DNA of 64,000 nucleotides from Mytilus californianus (taxonomy: Eukaryota). Position 1 is the stretch's first letter, and the number at the start of each line of letters is the position of its first letter. Both the position numbers and the translations under genes were made by a program. The stretch spans positions 4,154,001 to 4,218,000 of the forward strand of contig NW_026262679.1 in NCBI RefSeq assembly GCF_021869535.1, written 5' to 3'. Of the stretch, positions 11,100-22,977 are shown one piece after another. The notes beneath the pieces are model-generated. The model worked only from the letters and a program-made list of their open reading frames with translations, searched no databases and had not been told where the DNA came from.

Positions 11100-12125
11100 C
11101 ATCCACTCATTGACCAGAACCTTGCTAAACTTAAACCAAAGCAACTCCGCCAAAAAACATCCACTAATTCATCAGAACTTTGCTTAACTTAAACCAAGGC
11201 AACTCCGCCAAAAACATCCACGAATTCATCAGAACCTTGCTAAACTTAAACCAAGGCAACTCCACCAAAACATCCATTAATTCATCAGAACCTTGCTGAA
11301 CTTAAACCAAGGCAACTCCGCCAAAACATCCACTAATTCATCAGAACCTTTCTAAACTTAAACCAAGGCAACTCCGCCAAAAACATCCACTAATTCATCA
11401 GAACCATGCTAAACTTAAACCAAGGCAACACCGCCAAAAACATCCACTAATTCATCAGAACCTTGCTTAACTTAAATCAAGGCAACTCCGCCAAAACATC
11501 CACTAATTCATCAGAATCTTGCTAAACTTAAACCAAGGCAACTCCACCAAAAACATCCACTAATTCATCAGAACCTTGCTAAAACTGAAATCAAGACAGA
11601 TTTCAAAGCAGTTCCGCCTAAATTACCAGAATCTTTCTGAAACATATGGCAAGAACGCTCCGCAAAAAATGTTCACTTATTGACCAGAACCTTTTTAAAC
11701 ATATGTCAAGGCAACTCCGCAAAAATATTCCACTGATTGACCAGAACCTTCCTTAAACAGATGTCAAAGCAGATCCACCAATTGCATCATTTTACTGGCC
11801 AGAACCTGGATAAAACATATGTCAAAATAGAGGCCGTTGATAAAACAGATATTAAGGTAGATCTACCAAAAACTATCACTTATTGACCAGAACCTTGATA
11901 AAACAGATGTCAAGGTAGATCTACCGAAAAACTTTCACTTATTTAAAACAGATGTCAAGGTAGACCTACCGAAAAATGTACACTTATTGACCAGAACCTT
12001 GATAAAACAGTTGTTAAGGTAGATCTACCGAAAAATGTACACTTATTGACCAGAACCTTGATAAAACAGATGTCAAGGTAGATCTACCAAAAACTTTCAC
12101 TTATTGACAGATCCTTGATGAAACA
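11100..12125. repeat. 59-60-bp tandem satellite array with two sub-families
   Basis: About 8 copies of CAGAACCTTGCTAAACTTAAACCAAGGCAACTCCGCCAAAA(A)CATCCACTAATTCAT, then diverged units, then about 5 copies of TTATTGACCAGAACCTTGATAAAACAGATGTCAAGGTAGATCTACCGAAAAA..CAC. Confidence 0.92.
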
Positions 12126-12589
12126 GATTTTGTTATATGACTGTCATCAGTAATAAATCATAAAACAAAATCATAGGCCACTTTACAAATTCTAGTTTGT
12201 GTACATACAAAAGTAGCACAAGTGTTCATCATTTAGTGATTTAAAAAAATTAAACTGTTTTCAAGTGAATGTTCATAGGACACTGTGCCCTGCTCACACT
12301 ATTTCACTTACAAGTTCTGTGAACTGCAAAATCGGAGTCAAATCTCCACTTTGACATGTCTGTTATAAAGTTCTAATCATAATTTCATTGTGTTCTTAGT
12401 TTCAAGTTGATATGACCACAATCTTTATTGTAAAATACCTTTAACCTGATAAGAGACAGACAGACAGATGTAGACCACAAACAGTATGCACTACCCTACT
12501 ATTGCAAGCAGGGTATAAAAAAGATATAAAGGTGTCTGTTCACACCAAGTTCAAAAGAAATTAGTAAAAGACTAAACAGCTATCCTTAT

Positions 12590-13065
12590 AAACTTTTTAC
12601 ACAGAGATATGTCTCACCTATTAGTTATTTTGATAGCATAATGTAAATGTTGATGACAATATGTTAACATGAAAACTATAGAAAAAAAAACAACATTCCA
12701 AGTCAACCACGACTGAATGTGCAGGGATAAATAACCTGTGATAATGAGAAATTTACAACTGCATACCAGAAACCATTGACTTATCATAAGTGGTTTCCTT
12801 AAAACTGACCTTAACACAAACTTGAACATATAAACTATGCAAAAGTTTCAAAGTCAATAAACCATGATGAGGGCTGAAGCCATATAATCTCCATGGAAAT
12901 GAGACATGCAAATGCTAAAAGAACTGCATACAAATTATCACTGACTTACCACAAGTGCTTCCCGAAAAACTGACCTAATCGCATACTTATACATTGTTAA
13001 CACCATCGACACTGGAAACTCCAAGCCTTCATCTTGCTTTTATTACATAGAGGTGAGACAAAAAA
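12590..13065 (+). mobile_element. HINE-type element, family E (second copy 34737-35422)
   Basis: 5' ACACAGAGATATGTCTCACC and 3' GAGGTGAGACAAAAAA form subterminal inverted motifs. The same ends and internal repeats occur at 34737-35422. Confidence 0.7.
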
Positions 13066-16000
13066 AAACACACAGGAACTGAAGATGAAGCAATATGAGC
13101 CCATACAAAAATCAAGGCTTAACTACAGTCCTCAAGAACATAACATCTTTATATTATTTCAATGCCTGTACAATCAAGTTAGCATAATGGACACTAAATG
13201 AGACAACACAAACACATTTTGATTCCTTTATATTTAAATGACTTCTGAAAATTAAGAGGGTAAACTGGCTTAATAACTTATCCTGCAAAACTTGCAAAGC
13301 TCAAAGGGGTTCAAATTTACTGTAGTTTACAATAAAAATAAAATATAGCTCTTATTTAGTAAAATTTGATCAATTACATTTATTGATTATTATTTAATAA
13401 GTGGACATGCCTTGAACTGTTTACAGAACAGATCTAAAAAAGATTCTGTGTAATTTTACTCATAGATATATCTATTGAACATGTGACAAATAAGACAAGA
13501 AATCAAAATGTAAGTACATATTTATTTCCAGTTTAACGAGAAGTCTCGATGCCTGGACAACGGTCATGTGACAAACAGATGACAACAGTGATGAATCCCT
13601 CTTTACAACGGTAATAAGCCGGACTAAAAAAAGATTGGACATACATACAAAAGATGTATTTACATGAAAAGGCTATACTAAATTAGCTACGATTCTGAAA
13701 TATTGTATGGGAAAAGTAAACACTATTATCATCTTCTCAGTACATATTTCATTCGGTTTACCGGTACAAGTAGATTAAGATTAGATTTTTTCAACAGAAA
13801 AATAGATTTTTATACATATACATATCCATAAAAAGACAAATATAATATTATAAATTATCACAAAGTCAATATAGAACAAAAAATAAGTACTTTGAAATAA
13901 AATAGAATCTGTTTGTTCATATGAATACAAGAATCAGAGATATAATCTAATGCAGCCTCAGAACACAGCTACCTGCAATTGAAAGTTTTTTTTTTTAAAA
14001 AATGGGTCTTTTTGACCATCTAGCCAAATTTTGTTTTATTCCCCATTAATTTTTAAAATGTGTACAGAGAATAGGATTGGTTTAACTTATAATTTTGCCA
14101 TGGAATATTTATATAAGGAACACTGAAAAGCAAAATACGAAAAGTTCCTTTAAAAAAACAAAACAACCAAAATAAGTTTTAAGCTAGGTACAGTAAATCT
14201 GACATAGATGGTCTTACTTCATGGCTTTTAACCAATGCTTATATGATTAAATGTCGTGAAAAATTTACAACACTAATTTTGATTTGAATGCTTTCACATC
14301 GAACTTTAATAAATAAAAATTTAAATCTGTGATTAAAGTAATTATACATATTTTGAAATTCTATAGCAACTAGAAGAAAATCTAGAAAAATACTATTGTC
14401 ATAGTCAACATAATCTTACATGAAGAAAACCATAATTTCATAAAATCAAAAAAAGTAAAAAATCTTGTGCTACAGTGTGAATCAGCAGCAACACAAAAAA
14501 TACATTTTTCATGACAGGGTTGGAAGAAAGGCAATCATTTTATCCTTGTTTATCATCATTAAATTAGTTACTAATGGTAAAACCATCAGACTCAAAAAAT
14601 GGTGTGTAAAAAACAATCCAAAACTTTTGGAAAGGAAAAGAAGCATAAACATTGGTAATGTTATCAAAGATGTTTACTATTTTGGATTAAGGAGATCTCA
14701 ATCTACATATTTCCCTTTCGAATATAAAACTACTAAATCTTAATGAATGCATCAATGGAACAGTGAAATATTATATTTTTGTGACTGGTTTTCATGTAGT
14801 TTAATGACATGTGATGATGAAATTAAGTAGCAGTCATGTAATTTTTAATTAAAACAAATTATATATCAAACCATAAGAAGTTTTAAAAAAAAGAATAAAA
14901 AAATTGTTTTGAAGTCTGAAATTGAAATACATTCTTTCAAATAGTCCAAGTGAGATTGTAATAAAAATATGAACAGATTACTTGAATTTTTAAACTTTTT
15001 AATTAAGTTTGTTTATAAGTGTATTTCTGAGGACAGACAATCTCTAATAGTTAAGAAACTAAAACTATATTGTACATGAAAATTGACAGGTCATATTGTC
15101 CTGTTGTTACGGTTTACTTTCTGAAAAAGAATATCAAGTTTGAAACTACCTTTCAGTTCTCCAAAATTAATCACAATATTATTTACTCGTTTCCCTAAAA
15201 ACTGGTAATTAAATGAATCTAATACTGTTGATCCAAATCATTTCCTTTGTTAGAATTTTGATGATTGACCTAACTGTTTAAAGGATACTTCATTGAAAAT
15301 TTTTTCAACCCCTTAAAAGCAAGCAGAATGTATTTTGTTTAAAGTAATTTCATATATTTGCCTTTACCAACCAAGTCTACAAGTTTGTCCCTTATCACAC
15401 CTGTCTCTTAATAACAGGTCATTTTGTCATGGATTGTAATTCATATCATATCATCACAATATGTGTAATTCTATAGCTATTTGTTATCTAATAAACTCTT
15501 ATAAATAACAACAAAAATAAATAGAATTTGTATTATAAATGTAAACTGCAATATGAAACAAAAGTTTTTTTACCGGTATCATTAATAGATTGTTCTTTTA
15601 ACAATTTAACAAAGAAAATACATCAGTGCCATTTAAAACTCATTGTATATGTCATAAAAAGGAATTGTACACACATATAAACATAGGTAATCTATGATTA
15701 CAAAGTTTGTCTCAATATTCATTTTGACTGAATGCTATGTTACTACCCAAGACCAATCTCAATACAAGAATGAATGGTCCTACTTCATAAGGACAATGCA
15801 ATATGAAATTGGATGTAAAACCTAACCAAAGTCTATAAAGTATATACTATAGGTCAGAGTGACCTTTTATTGTCTGAAGGCTGAAAAACTCACAAAGGTG
15901 AATTGCTTAACAATTTGAGATGATCCTCTTACTTATAGGTGTCAAGATATGATGCTGATATACAACTTTACTAAGTCAATGAAGCATGAAAAGTAGGTAA

Positions 16001-17762
16001 CAGAAACCCACTGTCGACTGGATGCTGACTTGAAACTCCAAAATGCATGTTTACACACTTTGAGTAATCTCATTACTTTTAGTTACTGAGATATCAAGAT
16101 GGACATTGAACCATACTAGTCTCATAACCTTCTTTCAATACATTTTGCTTCCTTATATGCAAATTTACAAGATAATCTCCCTTTTAGTTGGCTGTGAAGA
16201 TGCAAGCATACACTGATGTCAAAGGTACTTAAAAAGTTCTCCTTCAGCTTTGTTGAGGTGAATTGAAAATTAAAGAAATATTAATTATAGTATAAATACA
16301 AAAAACAAGTCTTTTAAAAATTGAATAATAAGATAAAATAGACTAAAAGGCAGCTGTGTTCAATAAAGAAATATAAATATAGCTATCGGGATCACATTAA
16401 CAGTCTACAAGGGCACATTTAGAGGGACATCAAATGAAGAAATGATATTCAGCATCACCATTAATGAGCAATATGTAATGAAAATGTAATATCATGATTC
16501 TTAATTTACATTTGTACAAATGAAATTTATGTTATGTTAATTTAGACAAATTACTTATGAAAAAACATTACAATTTACAAATTTTTCAAGTAATAAACAC
16601 GGATCAGTCCTTTAACTGGTAAGATTAACAAAATGGACAATAAATGAAGGCAAAATATTTTCACACATTCTTCATGCCGTAACATGGCATACTGTGAAAG
16701 TAATTGTATGTAAAAATTACTAAGCACTAAAAATTGTTTTAATTTAATCTAACTAAAATTACCAATATATTAGAGGATAAAACAAACGAGACACACAAAA
16801 CCTTGAGTTATCAGATGATTTTGCCTATGAGGAGATCCCATATTATCTGAATTATGTAAATGTTTTATGGCCTGAACTAAAGGAAGAAATGGGTCAGAAA
16901 CTTTCTACCTCTGTCCTTGCAGCCCCCACTTTCTAAACTTTTCACAATGATTAAACAAGCAAATTAGTCAGATTTTTTTCAACTTTATCAAGACTTCTCC
17001 CTGTAACAAAACTACCTTTACCCTTCTATTTCACTCAAGCAAACTTTGTTATTTTGACAGGAGTCTTATCATTTTCATGATGCATCTTTAGTAAAATGGC
17101 CTTATGCTGGCATCTTTATTCATAAAACAAACTTGGTCCTCAAACAATATTGCACTTTCATTTTAACAATTAACAACTGACCACTTTTACTTTACTTCTT
17201 TCCTGTCAGAGAAATATATGATTTCAACTCAAAAATCAAATATTTTAAGATATTTGCAGAAATAAGTTTCCATATTTGCTTTTCAAGACAAATATTATTT
17301 TGAAATGGCCTTATCTACTAAAGTGTTTTGTGTGCTCTGTTAGTATATTAAGTACTGTGACTAGATAATTGAAGTAGACATAAACTATGTACACAGTGCA
17401 GACTACTTATATGTCCATTTATACCATAAAATACCCAACACTCATTATCAACAATACTTAAATCACATTTTTTTTTTACTACAAATGCAATGAATTCCTT
17501 AAAACCAAAATTTACATCCATCTCTAAATTTTTTTTTTTTTAGTAATATTCAAAATCTCATTATATTAAGATGGAGATGTTTCTGAAAAAATATTGTTAA
17601 AATCTTTTATGTCCCATAAATAGTCTTGGATAAAAATAAAATTCAATATTATAGATTTCATTCATTTAATGCATGCTATAATCTAAGGAATGGCACTTAC
17701 AGTTTACTGTACTTCATAGATCTGATCCTACTTACATAAAAGATTATTCAGTGTTACATCTA

Positions 17763-18143
17763 TTTGTTCAACATTAGCTTTTTTCTAAAGGAATCTGACC
17801 AAAACTAACAATCTGATAACTAAATTCACAAGGATGTATGTTAAACATTAGCTTTTTTCTAAAGGAATCTGACCAAAACTAACCATCTGATAACTAAATT
17901 CACAAGGATGTATGTTGAACATTAGCTTTTTTCTAAAGGAATCTGACCAAAACTAACCATCTGATAACTAAATTCACAAGGATGTATGTTAAACATTAGC
18001 TTTTTCTAAAGGAATCTGACCAAAACTAACCATCTGATAACTAAATTCACAAGGATGTATGTTAAACATTAGCTTTTTCTAAAGGAATCTGACCAAAACT
18101 AACCATCTGATAACTAAATTCACAACGATGTATGTTCAACATT
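17763..18143. repeat. 73-74-bp tandem repeat, 5 near-identical copies
   Basis: ACATTAGCTTTTT(T)CTAAAGGAATCTGACCAAAACTAACCATCTGATAACTAAATTCACAAGGATGTATGTT starts at 17771, 17845, 17919, 17993 and 18066. Confidence 0.95.
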
Positions 18144-19716
18144 GTTTCAAAATTTCAAACGTTGCTCATCCTTGATAAACTTCAGCACGGTAAATGACTA
18201 ATTTTTCTATATAATGTATATAGGTTTGAAGTCCCTTGGTCTTCGTAATGTCCTTTAATTATGACAGATACAATTTGACAGAAGCAGACCAACACAATGT
18301 TTGGTATTAACATTTTTTTTCTCCAGATCAAAATACATATATGCTTTACAATTCATTAAGAAGATCCTACCAAAATTTTGTGTTATGATCTATAGTATAA
18401 ATGGACAGTTTTCACACATATAGCACTTGTAAGCTTTACTGGGTATGGCATTCACACTCACAATTTGATTCTGCTTACACAGCAGATTTATATACTGATA
18501 TTTGTATTGCAGAATTTATGATATAAACCTACCAACTTGTACATAGAATAAATATTTACAATTACTAAAACAAAGTTTTTATAGATAAACGCTGCCATTT
18601 AGATCAATGCTTGAATGAAAATTCATTTAAGCCATAATAGAATCTGACCCATGTGAAATAAATAAAGCCGTCAATTCTCTGTAAAGCCTGCAATTCAAAT
18701 TTTCACAAGTAAATACCAATTCAGACTATATCAAATTCAGAATTTCTAGAAACTCAAAAAGAAAAAAAAAAAAAAAAAAATTTTTTTAGTTACTTTTGCC
18801 TTTGTATTTCGAGATAGCAAATTATACTGTGAATCAAAATTTAAATGTATTTTTTTATTCAAAAGTAATCCAAATTGAATTTATTAATGGTATTTCATAT
18901 CTTAAAGCAATGAAAATTCAGTTTTAAACCATACGAAAATGAAAGAACATGTTGTTTTGACAACTTAACTTCATGGTATCACATTATGTAAAGCTATTAC
19001 AATGTGTCAGAAGTAATGACATACAAACTTTTCTACAGCAATTCAACTATCAAAAAAGTACTTTTTGTTATCTAGATTTACAGCAAATATGCATTGTCCC
19101 AAAATATTAAAATCATGTTTACAAAGTCTTGAATAAGAACAAAATATCAGAATTCCCCAAATTACTCTATCCATGTCACACTAAGTACTAAGTATTTAGA
19201 ATTCAAATCATTTACATTGTCAAACACTTCAATGAGTGATCTTATCACCAGTGCTTTTGCCACATTTTCGTCAAAATTGGCTAGGGCTTTAGTAATTTGT
19301 ATCAATTTGCTTCAACAAATAGAAAAGACTCTCTAAAGTGGCTTTTCAGCCTCAATTCATTAAACAAAATTGTCAGTCCTTACTAAAACTTTGATATACA
19401 TGATATTATAGTAATAATAATTTGAATATGAAATTGTGATGTCATAATCCTAGCTTTATAATACTTAGATAATATTCAAAACAATATGTAGTGTTACCAT
19501 GCCATTTCATTAAAGTTAAAAACGCTGCGTCAGATATAGAAAGTACATGTCATATAAGATTTACTGTACTTTTTTATACACAGAAAGGGATTTTTAAAAT
19601 CCCTTTCTCAACCACTAGCTATCTATTGCAAAACAAAAATGACAAATAAACTTTGATCAAACAATTAACGAGAAACATAACAGTAATACTTAACAAACAG
19701 CACAGTATCCAGCACG

Positions 19717-19812
19717 TTCATCAGTCAAGGTCAAATATAAACCAACTTCATCTGTCAAGGTCAAATATAAACCAACTTCATCCGTCAAGGTCAAATATAA
19801 TCCAAGTTCATC
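19717..19812. repeat. 30-bp tandem repeat x3
   Basis: TCATC(T/C)GTCAAGGTCAAATATAAACCAACT repeated three times. It creates the spurious ORF 19653-19895. Confidence 0.85.
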
Positions 19813-20538
19813 ACAATTTAAAATCATTTCTATGGAAACATCTTCTTCCTTTTATAATAAATCAGATACCAATTCATATTTTTTTCACATTCTAAAACTT
19901 CAAAAGCATTATTCAGCTTAAAACCTTGAACATTTTACGTATTTGTTTTTAACTGTTACAAAAGTATTCCTTTTCTACAACAAAATGTTAAGAAATATAT
20001 TTATCACATGATCAAAGATGAAATTAAAATATCACAATAAAACACAAAATTTCAAAGCTCTGTATCTATGATCATGGGCTTAACAGTTTGTTTTAGAAAT
20101 GGAAATTGTGTATCGCTGCTTGGCTTTCTTAAAATAATATCTCAACTTAATTCAATGCCATCAAATAATTATCACTCTTTTTTTTGTTGTAAAAAAGCCT
20201 ATTTGAATATGTTTATTACCCTGAAAGAGAAACATTTCAATGGTATTATTATTTGGACCATTCAACCTTTTTTTACCGAAAAAGTAAATTATCCAAATTT
20301 ACTAGGACATGCAACAGAGACAAAAAGGTAGATATAAATGGTCATCAAACAATAACTCAGTTAATGCCCACGTTAAATGCTTTCTCCATTACAATTTATA
20401 ACAGTAATGACAATATCATTAAAATGAAGTTGGTTTACATTAAATAAGGATGGAATGTCATAAGCTTTCAGATCACCAAAATAAAATATAAAGGTTCTCT
20501 TCTTGGTCATCACACAAGGAAGAATAAGTGATGGCATC

Positions 20539-20756
20539 CTACAATCTATCAAGTTTGAATGATTCTTCAGTAGCTGGATCAGTTAAATTATTTGGATCCG
20601 ATAGCAACTGCAATTCTTGTAAATCTAATGGGTCAAGTCCAGCTTTTAAAGCTTCAACAGAAGGAAAAAGGTCCGTATCAAATCCATCGGGCATTCCAGT
20701 TATAGCATTTCCTAATTCTTTAGCAAAATCTTGTTGTTTCGTATAATCATCAGCAC
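20539..20756 (-). CDS. CRTC: CRTC (CREB-regulated transcription coactivator) terminal coding exon, TORC C-terminal activation domain
   Basis: Acceptor TTTTATGTTTTAG|GT at 20756 (phase 1). Encodes (G)ADDYTKQQDFAKELGNAITGMPDGFDTDLFPSVEALKAGLDPLDLQELQLLSDPNNLTDPATEESFKLDRL*, matching the CRTC C-terminus (..LDPLD...L.ML.DP...DPA.ED.FR.DRL*). Stop TAG at 20541-20539. Confidence 0.95.
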
Positions 20757-21904
20757 CTAAAACATAAATAAGAATTTTAGTCAAGACTTGTAAGAGCCTC
20801 TTCTTAAGTATCTTTCAAAAGTACTGTTTTTAAAATGGCTTTTCAGATCAATAATGTATATTTCAATAGATTCAGTGTTGTAAAAGAACACATGAACTGA
20901 TATAAATCAGGTGTACAAGAAAAACATAAACTGAATTTTAATGTGATAACTTTTTATTCAACCCATGTTTTTGATGTATAAATTTTGTTTTGTTAGTGTA
21001 AATAAATATTTTTTGTTTTGGGAAAAGTAGTACAAATTCTGATCTTGCATACCAGAAATGTTGTGTTGATATGATTTTTAAATTTAAACAAAAGTGTTGT
21101 GTAAGCTCTCTTCAGATATGAGGATGTGGTAATCTTTAAAGAAAAGAGGGTTGGAAAGGGCAGATAAATACCCCTCATATAAGTATGCTGTATTTTGAAT
21201 GGTTGATAGCCAGTGTATTTTTCTTGTACTTTTTTTATTATCAAATGAATATCATTTATATTTCACTCCTGCCAGGGCATATGCACAAGGATATGCTGTT
21301 TTACCCTCTCTGCCATGGTATTTGCTGATACGTATATGACATTTTTACCCTTCACAAATATGCTTGTTCATTAGTGCATTTTATTACATACAACAGCTTT
21401 TGCCTAATAGCAAATAAATAATAGAATTGAATTGGATGCTTAAATTCACCATTCATATTGCTTTTCCGTGGAATTAAACAGATATATCATGCTCTAGCGA
21501 GGTATTTGCGATTATTCCAGTCTTGTGAAGGATATTACTTGTTTAGAAAGCTCAGGAAATTTTACCTTGTCTCGATAAATATTTTGTAAATACCCCATGA
21601 AACATGATATACCAGTTAAAAATTTTACATTGCACAGTCATTAATGAAACCTTCTACAAGTTGTTTGCTGAGAAATTTTATCATGCAAAGGGTGTGGCAT
21701 TCCCATAGCACAGGTACCATTCAGACCAGACGTGTCTGTGTTTTTTATTCAGAAAATTTATTGCAATATAGAATTGATTAAAATACAAAGTCTTGAGTAA
21801 AATGCAATCCTCAATCACATACTAGAACATGCTAGGAAATGTCCTTCATGAGATTTAGACTGGTAATGTAATTATAAGTGAGACTGCAGTGATTGTAAAT
21901 ACTG

Positions 21905-22977
21905 AAAAAATAAATTGCTTTGCTGAGCGCAGCTGGATACGACCGCAGAGGTCAAACCCTGAACAGTTGGGGCAAAAATGGACACAATATTCGCACTTGA
22001 TACAGGTCTGAATTTGAATTGTAATTAAATATTTGACACAGAATAACTGTAGTCAAAGAACTTAGAATTGATTATATGATTTGAATTTATATTCAATTAT
22101 TTGAATTTCAATTGCTTTTGAGCAATACACTTTGCTGATGAGTATTGAACCCCTCCCCCCCCCCCCCCACACACACACTTTTTTTTTGCAAAAAAAAATA
22201 TTTGAAGAATTTTTCTTTTTAATTTCTGAAATCTGAAATGAGAAAAAATTGACCCTTCACAATTCCTTTTACCCCTCACTTTTGCCCCCAAAAAAATTCT
22301 TTCCCTCAAGATATGGTCATAATCTCAATTCAAATTTCCAATGGAGTTTGCAACCATAATTACCCATTTAAATACATCATAAAAGTCTTAAAATAGAAAA
22401 TGACATACATAATCATGGCTAAAATTAATATTCCTTAATAGTAACTTCTAAAAATAAATTGACAGCTAATCATCTCAAGACAATACAACATTTTCTTTAT
22501 ACATCATTTAAAAGCAGTGTAAGGGAGGTAATCAAAACGTTATGTTTGGATTACCTCCCTTACACTGCTTTTAAATTGTCTTAAGTAATTGTCCATTAAC
22601 CAGGAAACCCTTGTTTTTCCCTTAATTCCTAAACGGTTTGAGCCATAACCCCCTCATAGCAAATCCTAACCATCCCTTTGTGGTATGGAAACTTGTGGTA
22701 TGATTTCAGAGAGATCCATACACCGTTCCACAAGTTATTGTCTGGAAACTAGAAAAATGCTTATTTGGGCCCTTATTTGCCCCTAATTCCTAAACTGTTA
22801 GGACCATAACCCCCAAAATCAATCCCAAACTTCTTTTTGTGATTATAAACCTTGTGTTTAAATTTCATACATTTCTATTTAATAATACTAAAGATATTGT
22901 CCAGAAACCAACTGTCTTCGGACGACGACGTCGACGTGATACCAATATACGACCGCATTTTGCGGTCTTATAAAAAT
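21905..22977 (+). mobile_element. HINE-type element, family B (other copies 45134-46017, 48372-49722 as two stacked copies, 55258-57598, 58073-59530)
   Basis: 5' GCAGCTGGATACGACCGCAGAGGTC..CCCTGAACAGTTGGGGC, internal about 160-bp CCCCAAAATCAATCCC.. units, and a (GAC)n tract. 3' hairpin ATACGACCGCA..TGCGGTC(G)TAT followed by an A-run. Confidence 0.85.

Noticed and set aside
11100-12125. Regularly spaced repeats superficially like a CRISPR array (also 17763-18143 and 38284-38530)
   Set aside because: Units are contiguous tandem copies with no unique spacers, the context is eukaryotic, and there are no cas genes.
13589-13700. GTGATGA...CTGA pair resembling a C/D-box snoRNA
   Set aside because: No terminal stem, not in a plus-strand intron, and no evident rRNA-complementary guide.
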